Assembly (NCBI GenBank): GCA_003345545.1
Contig: PRDH01000076.1
Span: 37,784 to 101,783, forward strand
From: Candidatus Thorarchaeota archaeon
Lineage (GTDB): Archaea; Asgardarchaeota; Thorarchaeia; Thorarchaeales; Thorarchaeaceae
DNA length: 64,000 nt
Direction of reading: 5' to 3'
The position numbers and the translations under genes are program-made. The notes under the pieces are model-generated. The model made no database searches and was not told where the DNA came from. It saw nothing but the letters and a program-made list of their open reading frames with translations. This document shows, piece by piece, positions 1-9,079 of the stretch. The first letter of the stretch is position 1. The number at the start of each line of letters is the position of its first letter.

Positions 1-217
1 GCCGTATCCTATAGCTTGGATATGTATGGCTGAGTTTCGCTGCCACTCGCGTGCCCAGCAGTTTCTCAAAGATTGCAGCATTCCTGCCTCGCCAGAGATA
101 GATTGTCTTGGTCTCATGGACGATGTACACTAGCACCTTGTTCGTATCAACTATTACTCTGTCACCATGGAACTCTACCATCTTTGCCTGCGAGTCAATC
201 TCGAATGCTTCGACCAT
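1..217 (-). CDS. Gelsolin/villin-repeat-like protein (3' end outside window)
   Basis: Not in the ORF track. Manual translation from ATG 217 (AGGAG upstream): MVEAFEIDSQAKMVEFHGDRVIVDTNKVLVYIVHETKTIYLWRGRNAAIFEKLLGTRVAAKLSHTYPSYRIR. IYLWxG...EK...A..L fits the gelsolin repeat core. Confidence 0.7.
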   Translation of the reverse strand, partial: MVEAFEIDSQAKMVEFHGDRVIVDTNKVLVYIVHETKTIYLWRGRNAAIFEKLLGTRVAAKLSHTYPSYRIR

Positions 218-276
218 TATACTCCTGCCTCGAATGTGCTTACTACCCTATATGACATTTTGGTGCGAGTCCTTCG

Positions 277-1077
277 ATGTCCAACATATCGTTATATCCG
301 AACAAATATCATACAAGACTACAAATTCAGAAACTAGAAATAAAGAGGCAGAGTGAGCGCCGCTTGTCAGGGATAAAATTCATTGACAGGGAAATCAGAA
401 GGATTGATTTCAACATCGGAGGACTGACTGTATCATTCCCCCTGAATGCCATTCCAGATCAGGTCTATGATGCCATGGCAAATGCAGTAAACAAGTCAGC
501 AGATCAATCGGATACCATGAACGAACTGTACTCCTCACCGCTCATGAAGCCAACTGTGGCAACATTAAACGCATCGAATATCTTCCCAATAAACACAGCA
601 AAGAAAGTCATAAGGCTGACACTCACTGATGAGGTTCTTCAAGAAACGATACATGAGCTTGAGGGCGCCGAGCTATCTTTCCAAGGTCGTCCATTCGAGG
701 AAACATTAGACGAGAGAATCGAGCTATATCAGAGGGTAATGCTGGATGACCGTAAGATTGACAGGTTCAGATTTGGTGCAGTCGAGATGTACGGTGACCG
801 GACCTATCAGAATATTCTTAGAGACCCTCGCGTGACGCTCAATATGTATTGGACTCAGAAGCAGAAGCCTCAAGCTATAAGCTACCAGTTCAATTGCGTT
901 GCCGAAATAGTCCCTCCTGGCACTCCGTTCTATCGATATATGCGCCTGATGCGGAGAATCTTCAGCTCAACAATCATCGACTTGCATGACGTACCTGATT
1001 ATGTCTGCGCTTACAAATTCTGGGTCTGTGAATCAAAGGAAAAATCGCTTGCGGAGAAAGCAGGCTTCGTTCCATGA
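277..1077 (+). CDS. FMN-binding split-barrel (pyridoxamine 5'-phosphate oxidase-like) protein; true start may be TTG near 364
   Basis: TYQNILRDPRVTL and SYQFNCVAEIV segments resemble archaeal PNPOx-like proteins. Confidence 0.5.
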   Translation: MSNISLYPNKYHTRLQIQKLEIKRQSERRLSGIKFIDREIRRIDFNIGGLTVSFPLNAIPDQVYDAMANAVNKSADQSDTMNELYSSPLMKPTVATLNASNIFPINTAKKVIRLTLTDEVLQETIHELEGAELSFQGRPFEETLDERIELYQRVMLDDRKIDRFRFGAVEMYGDRTYQNILRDPRVTLNMYWTQKQKPQAISYQFNCVAEIVPPGTPFYRYMRLMRRIFSSTIIDLHDVPDYVCAYKFWVCESKEKSLAEKAGFVP

Positions 1078-1078
1078 G

Positions 1079-3616
1079 TCAATAATTGGTGACCCTGAGT
1101 AGTTTGGCTGGCAATTCGTCAACCGAACAGACATCCAATAGGACACCATGAGCTTTCTTCACCAAACTGGAGGCTGCCTCCTTGTTGTGCTCATGAGTAG
1201 GAACAAGTACAATCATCTTTATTCCCAGAGGTTTCATCCTCTCTGCAAGATCTTCGCACATTTGCTGGTCACTGAGATACATGTCAGTGCCGAAAATGAA
1301 TATCTTCTCCTTGGCTCGGGTGTCCTGGAAATTCCGGAGAGCAATCTTCATTGACTCTTGACCACCTGTACCTCCACCAGCTTTCACCTCAAGAAGGTCC
1401 GAGGCAACTTTTTCAACAGATACATTACGATCGGCGATATCTTTGACGACATAAGTAGAGCTGTCAAATAAGACAACTCCGAAATCGTCCTTCCTTATGC
1501 CATAGAGGCCGGCCATCACGGAGATTGCAAGCATTCCAAGTTTCTTTGGCGAGTCCATTGAGCCACTCTTATCTAAAGCCCAAAAGAAGGCACGATGGCC
1601 CATATAGGTCTCAGACACGAGAAAGTCAGAAGTTTCGACAATCCCAAAGTCCGTACGACCTTGAGAGAGGAGAAAATCAATGGTTTCCTCAAGGTCAATG
1701 AGATCCATGTCATCGCCAATTCTGAATGGTCTGACTGTAGTGGACTCCTGTATCCCACCAAGCATGCTGCTGCCCATGGTCTGCCTAGCATACCTCATTC
1801 CCAGGTCAATAAGAAGTCGCCCTGCAATGTCATGCAGTTTCTGTTTGAGCTCAAGAGGTAGTTCATCCCTATAGGCGTACCAAATCCTTATGATGTTCGT
1901 TGCAGGGCCTGCCAAGAGACCTCCCATTACCATGTTAGCCCTATCCTTGTCATATGGTTGAGCATGTGCGCCGGATTCAGAAGGCCGGTAGCTGTACCTC
2001 CGACTCTGCATTCCCGATCCTTGTGTGCCCAGCGCCGCATGGAGGTCTTCATGGGCCACCGCACCGAGGGCGCTCTGATTGCCCATCTGCATGGCTATGT
2101 TTCCAAGTTGCTGTAGCTGCTGTCGGTTCAGTCCTGCCGAAGACATAAGATTGTGCAATCTCTCGAAATCATCCAATCCCGACTGTATGAGCTTCTTTAT
2201 GACTTCAAATGAGGGATTGATAAGTTCTAGTATCTCCTCCTCGTTCATGCCGAGTTTCGAACCGGCTCTCCGAATAGCATCAGCTGAAGGAGCCTGTCCC
2301 AGTCTTGAAACATGTTTCACTGTCTGCCTGAGATGCTGTTTAGTTGGAGACCTCTCAACAGCTCCGTCAGCCAACTTGCTCATGGCACTGTCCCATTGTT
2401 GCATGGTCGTCTTGTCAGAAAGATGCTGGCGAAGCGATTGATTCTGAGAAAGAGCTGATCTAAGAAAGTCTGAGGGGGAAGAACGAGAGTCTGCACTCTC
2501 AATTAGGCTCTGGATCAGTCTACTCAACAAGCTCTGCCAATTCGTGTTCGCACGAGCATTCTCAGCTAGCTGCCGAATATCCACCCTGTTACTTGCTCCA
2601 GAATCGAATAGCTGATCGTACTGCTCAAGGAGGTCATCCATGATGTCCATTCCCGTTGCATCCTTTATCTTCTGAGCGAAGGCTGCCGCATCACTCAGCG
2701 AAAACTGCCTTGGAGCATCATTGGTGAATTTGTCCAGATTATCGGGAACTCGCCCTAGTTCTCTGGCATAGTCTGCGGCATCACTCAGATTGTCAATAGC
2801 ATCCTGGAGCTTCTGGCTCATTGCCTCTTGTTGTTCGCTTGTCAGCGATCCAAGCTCCTCCATATGCCTCAGGGCACGCGCTGCTGTTGTCGTGTCTCGC
2901 TCAGCCAATTTCGCAAAACGCTCTTCAATGTCTTGGTCTCCTCTAAGAGAACTTGCCGCAATCTGTTCAGCAGCATTAGGTGAATTACAGACTTCATCAA
3001 GACAGTCTAATGCTCGCGAATTCTCGAAGTCCTTTGTTGAGAGGCCTCCGAAAAGTCCCACGAGCTCGCGACCCGCCATTTCCTTGAGCTCACGGTCACT
3101 TGTTACGCCTCGAAGAACAATATCACCATCAGTGAGATAGTCGCGAGCAGCATCATAGAGGCTCTTGTTTCGCTTCTTCCGCAGCTTGAGAAGGTACTCG
3201 TATCCTGCCTCGACTCTATCCTTCCTGATAGCCTTCGCAAGTTCCTGTTCGCGCCTGATTTGGTCCATGACTCTTGACAGCGCATCAGTCGTCCCCTGCT
3301 GTTTGCCAACCTGTTGTTGGTCAGGTGGTATCTTCTTATTCTCAATCTCGCGACCAAGGAGGATGTCCTCAGCAACTTCTCTCGCAATCACTTGGTCAGG
3401 TGGAAAAGTCGTATAGACGGCCGCATCCAGAAAGTCTTCCAGGGACAGTCGCCCATTCCGAAAGTAACGGGCTAATAGGAGTTGGGGAATGGACTGAGTC
3501 TGACGGATACTAGGCCTCCTAGTCACATCTTTCCTCATTCGCATCTGTTCTGTGAACTCTTGGGCGAAGATAGGCGCACTGCTTGGAAGAGGAGACATCT
3601 TGGGCTGGGCTGCCAT
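1079..3616 (-). CDS. vWA (MIDAS) domain protein, MoxR partner
   Basis: C-terminal LDKSGSM, GGT and GTD MIDAS motifs. Long helical N-terminus. Starts 5 bp after the MoxR gene. Confidence 0.85.
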   Translation of the reverse strand: MAAQPKMSPLPSSAPIFAQEFTEQMRMRKDVTRRPSIRQTQSIPQLLLARYFRNGRLSLEDFLDAAVYTTFPPDQVIAREVAEDILLGREIENKKIPPDQQQVGKQQGTTDALSRVMDQIRREQELAKAIRKDRVEAGYEYLLKLRKKRNKSLYDAARDYLTDGDIVLRGVTSDRELKEMAGRELVGLFGGLSTKDFENSRALDCLDEVCNSPNAAEQIAASSLRGDQDIEERFAKLAERDTTTAARALRHMEELGSLTSEQQEAMSQKLQDAIDNLSDAADYARELGRVPDNLDKFTNDAPRQFSLSDAAAFAQKIKDATGMDIMDDLLEQYDQLFDSGASNRVDIRQLAENARANTNWQSLLSRLIQSLIESADSRSSPSDFLRSALSQNQSLRQHLSDKTTMQQWDSAMSKLADGAVERSPTKQHLRQTVKHVSRLGQAPSADAIRRAGSKLGMNEEEILELINPSFEVIKKLIQSGLDDFERLHNLMSSAGLNRQQLQQLGNIAMQMGNQSALGAVAHEDLHAALGTQGSGMQSRRYSYRPSESGAHAQPYDKDRANMVMGGLLAGPATNIIRIWYAYRDELPLELKQKLHDIAGRLLIDLGMRYARQTMGSSMLGGIQESTTVRPFRIGDDMDLIDLEETIDFLLSQGRTDFGIVETSDFLVSETYMGHRAFFWALDKSGSMDSPKKLGMLAISVMAGLYGIRKDDFGVVLFDSSTYVVKDIADRNVSVEKVASDLLEVKAGGGTGGQESMKIALRNFQDTRAKEKIFIFGTDMYLSDQQMCEDLAERMKPLGIKMIVLVPTHEHNKEAASSLVKKAHGVLLDVCSVDELPAKLLRVTNY

Positions 3617-3621
3617 TCGGA

Positions 3622-4530
3622 CTAGCTCCCGAGGCTCGTTCGGACAAGGGAGTTCACAGCTGGCTCTGCATCAATCCCCGGCCTGAAGCGAAGAGCACCT
3701 AGAAGCACATGCGTTGCTGCCGACGACAGAGTGGCATGCGAGATGTTCTTCTCTTTCTGGCGCTTTGTCATTTCAGCGGACAGGCGAGCAATAGAGATGC
3801 CTGCCCGGATGCTTGCAGGAGTCTCAATATCGGTGCTCATGCGCGTGGCGGACACTAGCCCATAGATCTTCTCCAAGATGGCATCAGATAGCTCGTACTC
3901 GGGGCTGTTCATTTTGATGATCTCAAGTTCTGTTTCCTTTCGTGGGTAACTGAGCCGAATCCAGACTCGGATTCGGTCTCTCAGCGCCTCGCTCAGTCTA
4001 TGAGCTCCACTCATCTCCTCTGGATTCATTGTGAGCACAGGAAAGAATCCCTCATTTGCCTTGATTCTGCCCAAACGTTGCACACTTATCGAACCCTCCT
4101 CAAATGGATCTAATAGCGAATTCTGAACGTATTCGCTGAGTCGGTTCCCTTCATTCAGACCGAAGACGCCCCCAAATACCATGCTCCTTAGCAACGGACC
4201 TGGCTCAAATGCTTCAAGGGTGAATCCCTTGTTGAGGACTATGCTTGGATTGAAAGCTCCGATGAGGTGAGAAGGCCGTACACCCTCATCTCCAGTTATC
4301 CAATAGAGGTCGCGTCCTGTCTTCTCAGCATAGGCTCGCAGAATCAGCGTCTTTCCGACCCCAGGCGGACCAACTATTCCAGGAATCAGATGTGCGTTCT
4401 CGCAATCCTCCAGAACATCAAAGGCATCGGCATACTGCTCCTTTATGACTATCCGGACCTTCTCCTTCTGAGCTGCATCCAATCGTTCTTCGAAGCTTTT
4501 CTTGAATCGTGTCATCTCAGTGTGCAACAT
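3622..4530 (-). CDS. MoxR-family AAA+ ATPase
   Basis: Walker A GPPGVGKT, variant Walker B GLNEGNR, TMNP sensor, LSEALRDR arginine finger. Confidence 0.9.
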   Translation of the reverse strand: MLHTEMTRFKKSFEERLDAAQKEKVRIVIKEQYADAFDVLEDCENAHLIPGIVGPPGVGKTLILRAYAEKTGRDLYWITGDEGVRPSHLIGAFNPSIVLNKGFTLEAFEPGPLLRSMVFGGVFGLNEGNRLSEYVQNSLLDPFEEGSISVQRLGRIKANEGFFPVLTMNPEEMSGAHRLSEALRDRIRVWIRLSYPRKETELEIIKMNSPEYELSDAILEKIYGLVSATRMSTDIETPASIRAGISIARLSAEMTKRQKEKNISHATLSSAATHVLLGALRFRPGIDAEPAVNSLVRTSLGS

Positions 4531-4631
4531 AGTGCCCCCGTTATGTCATGATAGAGGAGTGTTAGTGAGAGATATCGTTTTCACTCTCACAGGTCGATTG
4601 ATAAGGGTTACTTCTGATGCAGCACTGCATA

Positions 4632-5624
4632 TCAAGCAGTGCCTAGTTCAGGATAGGCATAGAGGGCTGGCTGCCCTCCTGTATGCCAAAACACTGTGGG
4701 GGAGTCCGATGGAATGTCGCCATTCAGTGCCATTCTCACGAGGGCGAGACCAGCCTTTCCTGTATAGACAGGGTCGAGGATTATTCCGTCCATCTTGGCG
4801 AACATCCCAAGACTAGTCCTGACGCCGTCACTTAGCACGCCATATCCCTCACCTATGTAGGTGTCATCGACCAGGACATTCGGCTTGAAGCTGCCTACCT
4901 CAGGATACTCATCTATGACGCGAGAGATCAGGCTACACACTCGATCACGAGTCGTTTCTGCATCACTCAGAACACTCACTCCGACTATTTCCACATTAAG
5001 ATCGAGCATATGAGCACCAATGATGAGGCCTGCGAGGGTGCCACCAGTTCCGGTGGCGACTAGGATTCTATCAGGAAGGAATCCCTCCTTTTGGGCCTGA
5101 ACCTGGAGTTCTTCCATGGCTATTGCGTAGGCAATTGCGCCAACAGGCATTTCTGCACCTGCGGGAACTGCATATGGATTCAGACCAAAGTCCTTCAGAG
5201 TTTCTACCACCTCATCAAGTCGCGTCTTCAGGGTCAGAACGCTTTCGTCAGGGTAGAACTTCAATTCAGCACCAAGCAACTTGTCCAGGAGCAGGTTGCC
5301 AGTGTAGTTTGGGGGTTCCTTACCTCCAAGGAGAAGGATACAGCGTAGACCTGCTATTGCGCAAGCTGCTGCTGTCTGCCTGCAGTGGTTACTTTGCACG
5401 CCACCCACCGTGACAATTGTATCTGCTCGGTTCTTTCGAGCATCACCTAGTACGAATTCGAGTTTTCGAGCCTTGTTGCCTCCAAGGGATAGGCCAGTCT
5501 GATCATCACGTTTTATCCACAACTCTTCTAGGCCGATTGAATTGCCAAGGTTCTTCAGTCTGTGAAGGGGAGTGGGCAAGAACGCAAGCCTCTCACGGGG
5601 CAGAGAGTCGAACAACTCAACCAC
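4632..5624 (-). CDS. D-cysteine desulfhydrase / ACC deaminase family PLP enzyme
   Basis: PTPL, KRDD, GGNKARKLE, QSNH, GTGGT, LDPVYTGKA, WHTGG. Confidence 0.9.
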   Translation of the reverse strand: MVELFDSLPRERLAFLPTPLHRLKNLGNSIGLEELWIKRDDQTGLSLGGNKARKLEFVLGDARKNRADTIVTVGGVQSNHCRQTAAACAIAGLRCILLLGGKEPPNYTGNLLLDKLLGAELKFYPDESVLTLKTRLDEVVETLKDFGLNPYAVPAGAEMPVGAIAYAIAMEELQVQAQKEGFLPDRILVATGTGGTLAGLIIGAHMLDLNVEIVGVSVLSDAETTRDRVCSLISRVIDEYPEVGSFKPNVLVDDTYIGEGYGVLSDGVRTSLGMFAKMDGIILDPVYTGKAGLALVRMALNGDIPSDSPTVFWHTGGQPALYAYPELGTA

Positions 5625-6321
5625 CAGCTCCTGTCACCCATGAAACAACATACATCAACGCGGCAGTGATGATTCCAGCAAAGAGTGTCTTGGCGCCATA
5701 GCTCCAAATATTCTTCTTGGAGACTGCGCCCAGGAATAATCCGAGTAGGAATAGTATAACCATACAGATGCCTACTGATAGATAGAGAGCCACGTTATAG
5801 TCTAGGTAACCAGCAGGCACAAAGAGAAGTGGTATGATGATGAGAAAAGCTGCGACTGCTGGGGAAGCTCCATCAACTATGGCCACTACGACAGATGTAG
5901 TCCTTCCAGCTCTTGCATACATTGAGTCGCTCATATCTGTCAACATCGCACGACCCAGATTCTCGACTTCGCGATCGCGCTCAGCACTCTCAGCTAGATA
6001 TGAGCCACTAAAGCCAGAAACGGCCATAGCAATACTCGTTCCGAATGCGGCCAACAGAATTGCGGCAAAACCAGGTTCTGGATTGGACGGATTGATTGTG
6101 AGAAGACCACCCAAGACTAACCCCAGCATAGTGAGTGCTCCATCAAAAGCATTCATTGCCAGATATCTTCGGGCAATCTCCACGCCACGAGTGAGCTCCA
6201 ATGCCCTCATGACTCGATGAATAAGCCCACCTTCACGAGCTGCATGCTGTCCTTCTTTGTCGTGAGCGTCAACCAAGGGAGATGTTTCTCCGTTAATGGA
6301 TTTGAGTTCCCCTACCTGCAC
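5617..6321 (-). CDS. VIT1/CCC1 family metal transporter
   Basis: RRYLAMNAFDG, AMAVSGFSGSYLAESAE, about 5 TM helices. Confidence 0.8.
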   Translation of the reverse strand: MQVGELKSINGETSPLVDAHDKEGQHAAREGGLIHRVMRALELTRGVEIARRYLAMNAFDGALTMLGLVLGGLLTINPSNPEPGFAAILLAAFGTSIAMAVSGFSGSYLAESAERDREVENLGRAMLTDMSDSMYARAGRTTSVVVAIVDGASPAVAAFLIIIPLLFVPAGYLDYNVALYLSVGICMVILFLLGLFLGAVSKKNIWSYGAKTLFAGIITAALMYVVSWVTGAGG

Positions 6322-6377
6322 TCAGTTATAAGCTAGATGGCAGCAGCTGCTGGGATTCATAATCTGAACGAACCCTT

Positions 6378-6569
6378 CTAGGGCAGCCAGCCAAACAGAC
6401 CGGACCATGGGCCATATATCCCAATCAGTACGAGGAGTACGATGATAAGGATGGCAAAGCATAGTAAATACAGCCAGCACTCGCAGATTCGTTGACAACA
6501 GCCCTTCTTAGCAACAGGCTGCGGGGGTTGTTTGGATCCATAATCACCGGGCATTGGAATCTCAGTCAT
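6378..6569 (-). CDS. Small Pro/Cys-rich single-pass membrane protein
   Basis: 63 aa, GAGGT RBS, Pro/Gln-rich N-terminus, KKGCCQRICEC followed by one TM helix. Confidence 0.6.
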   Translation of the reverse strand: MTEIPMPGDYGSKQPPQPVAKKGCCQRICECWLYLLCFAILIIVLLVLIGIYGPWSGLFGWLP

Positions 6570-6740
6570 TCTTACGACCTCATTTCATCAGGCAACTTCA
6601 GGGACCGATGCACATGCCCCTCTTATGAGGATTGCTTGCGTCTACTGTCCATGCAACGCTGGCCCAGTTGGCCAAGCAATTCGCAGGCGCAGATGTTTTA
6701 AGCCTCCGAAAGGAAGGAATAACATTCTGTGTAGCGTGAT

Positions 6741-8216
6741 TTGAGGAGAAGTGCTTTGCCAGAGAAAGACAAGGTCTACACGATATTTGACAGACCCAGA
6801 GGACTCAGATTCATTGGCCTCCTGCAGATGGCATTTGGAGTGGTGGGTCTGCTAGCGACAATAGGACTTGTCGTTGCCTCCTTCTTCGGAAGCTCTGAGC
6901 TACCTGGTGGAATTGGGTATGTGTATGCACTTCTATTGTTCGTTGGCGTTTCACTGCCATGCCTGACTATAGGGAACTACGTTGACGACCTCAGAAGAAA
7001 TGCAGTCATTGCTCAGATCATATACAGTCTTGCGGCAATGGGTTTGGTGGGTCTGTTTCTCTTCATGCGCGGCCTCCAATACATGTGGACAGTTCCCCTC
7101 TTTGAATTCGAGATTGTGGTGGCTATTGGCAATCTCTCCGCGCTGATAGTAGTCAGTCAGGCATTCGTCATTCTTTATCTGATCCTTGCTTGGAGTAATA
7201 TTGTACCGCCGGCAGGTGCCAAAGTCATTAGAGATAGAGGTGAGGCGAGGAGATACGAACGAGGGTTGGTACCGCTGCCATTCACACCTGCTGTACTCGC
7301 TTCGGACGGAATGACAGAACTCTCTGAGGAGGACTCTAGACGTGTGCTCGATGTCCGGAAGGAGTTCACTGCTGAAGGCATGGCCGTCCTCTGTTCCAAT
7401 TGTGGGGGAGCAACACCCCTAACGAAAGTCAACAGGAATAGGCTTGTCTGCGATTTCTGCGGAGTCACGCTTGGAGTGAGCAGCATCTTCGTCCCATGTG
7501 AGAATCATCCAGAGTACTTGGCTGCAACAACATGCGCTGTGTGTGGGAACCATTTCTGCAGAAAGTGCCTAACGGCCCAGGAACCACCTGTCGATACCCG
7601 CTGGGCAGGTTCTACAATCTTTATGTGTCGAAATTGCTTCGAGGGAAGATACCGGCCAGCTGTCACTACCACATCTCTTGTCATACCGGTTGACAAGCTA
7701 TTCTCGACAGCAGGTGCGAGGTTCTCCAAAGTCGGAGGAATCTATAGGCGTTTTCTGGGAGCATATGGCGGCGTGATGAAACATCTCTGGCGGCTCCCGC
7801 TTGAAATGCTGAGCGCCATAGGCAAAGGCGGCGGAGGCGGGGGCAATGATAATTGCGCGGGCGCTCTGATTATGATGGTCATCATAATCATAGCCATTCC
7901 ACTTATCGCGGGATTATTACTACTTGCTGGGGCGATTGTCATAATCCCATTTTTGTTCTATGCAGGTCTCATCGCAGTGACCATTGAGGCCATCAAGGTC
8001 ATCAGGAAAACAGACTTCCAATCCATTGATGTAGTCCGAATTCAGAGCATAGTCGAAAAGAAGATGCCAAAGCAGAAGGAGTCCAAACTCAGACCAGCCA
8101 CCAGGTCATGGGAAGCCAGTGCCATGGATGTGGCATGGACGCGGCGCGATGAAGAACGACGCCGGAGGTCTGAAGGCAAACAGCCGGCTCAGTCGTTCTG
8201 GGAGGAGAGATATTGA
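6741..8216 (+). CDS. Membrane protein with Zn-ribbon and B-box-like Zn finger
   Basis: 4 N-terminal TMs; CSNC..CDFC; CENH...CAVC...CRKC...CRNC; C-terminal TM hairpin. Confidence 0.7.
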   Translation: MRRSALPEKDKVYTIFDRPRGLRFIGLLQMAFGVVGLLATIGLVVASFFGSSELPGGIGYVYALLLFVGVSLPCLTIGNYVDDLRRNAVIAQIIYSLAAMGLVGLFLFMRGLQYMWTVPLFEFEIVVAIGNLSALIVVSQAFVILYLILAWSNIVPPAGAKVIRDRGEARRYERGLVPLPFTPAVLASDGMTELSEEDSRRVLDVRKEFTAEGMAVLCSNCGGATPLTKVNRNRLVCDFCGVTLGVSSIFVPCENHPEYLAATTCAVCGNHFCRKCLTAQEPPVDTRWAGSTIFMCRNCFEGRYRPAVTTTSLVIPVDKLFSTAGARFSKVGGIYRRFLGAYGGVMKHLWRLPLEMLSAIGKGGGGGGNDNCAGALIMMVIIIIAIPLIAGLLLLAGAIVIIPFLFYAGLIAVTIEAIKVIRKTDFQSIDVVRIQSIVEKKMPKQKESKLRPATRSWEASAMDVAWTRRDEERRRRSEGKQPAQSFWEERY

Positions 8217-9043
8217 GCGCAACGCCAGATATGATTAGCTGCCCTGTCTGCGGTGGCAAGGTGCTCATTGAATTTGATGACAAGGTCAGTCACTGTGGGT
8301 ACTGCGCAAGCCCAGTCCTAGGGCCAAGCCAGAGCAGGAACTGCACAAACCATCCCGATGTTCTAGCAAAGGAGGTATGCCATGTCTGCGGTGATCTTCT
8401 CTGTGAGGAGTGCGTGGAAAAACGAGTCGGTGACTATGGCGGTAAGCTACTGACTATCGTGAACTGCACCAGACCAGACTGCATTGCTGCAAGCGATTGG
8501 GCCAAACCACTCAATGAAGAATACCAACGGTTGGCAAATATGGAATGGGCGGACAGAGCGGACAATATCATCCTTCGAGTCACCGGAGGAGGGGCGGTGA
8601 TAATGATGATCTTTGAACTCATCTTCATTCTAGGGATGCTCTTTATGCAGTATTTCACTTCCCTAGGCAGTCTATTTCCAACATGGGTAGTAGCTGGTGT
8701 GGTGATTCCAGGACTTCCCATCATTGTTCTTATGGTCATGGGCAACTTGCTTGCAGCATTTCTGCTTCAGACTGCTCTTCAGGTGTATGTTCATGAGCGC
8801 CAGCTGGGGTCCGGGGTACTTCTCTTGTTCGTGTTGATAATCGAAGCGGTTTTTCTCCTCTGGAGAGGACTGTACTTCAATCTCCGTCAGCTTCCAGATC
8901 CCACATTCCTCCTGACATTGCTCTCGGCGTTCATAATAGGAGCATTTCTGATACTGATTGGTTCTATTGGAGCCATCTACATTGGAAACAAGAAACGGAT
9001 TCAGCTGAAGAGGGCAAGAGAGAAGCTCGGACTCTCTGCATAG
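8213..9043 (+). CDS. Zn-ribbon plus B-box-like finger membrane protein
   Basis: CPVC..CGYC; CTNH...CHVC...CEEC...C..PDC; 4 C-terminal TMs; 4-bp TTGA overlap with upstream gene. Confidence 0.7.
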   Translation: MSATPDMISCPVCGGKVLIEFDDKVSHCGYCASPVLGPSQSRNCTNHPDVLAKEVCHVCGDLLCEECVEKRVGDYGGKLLTIVNCTRPDCIAASDWAKPLNEEYQRLANMEWADRADNIILRVTGGGAVIMMIFELIFILGMLFMQYFTSLGSLFPTWVVAGVVIPGLPIIVLMVMGNLLAAFLLQTALQVYVHERQLGSGVLLLFVLIIEAVFLLWRGLYFNLRQLPDPTFLLTLLSAFIIGAFLILIGSIGAIYIGNKKRIQLKRAREKLGLSA

Positions 9044-9079
9044 TTCCTAGCAAGTGACAGTCATCCACGGATTGAGATT

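Noticed and set aside
73-356. Plus-strand ORFs 73-255 and 108-356
   Set aside because: Antisense shadows of the minus-strand gelsolin-like gene, with no recognisable motifs
4632-6321. VIT1 plus D-cysteine desulfhydrase plus MoxR/vWA as an Fe-S mineralisation system
   Set aside because: Only co-orientation and one 8-bp overlap support it; too speculative without synteny data
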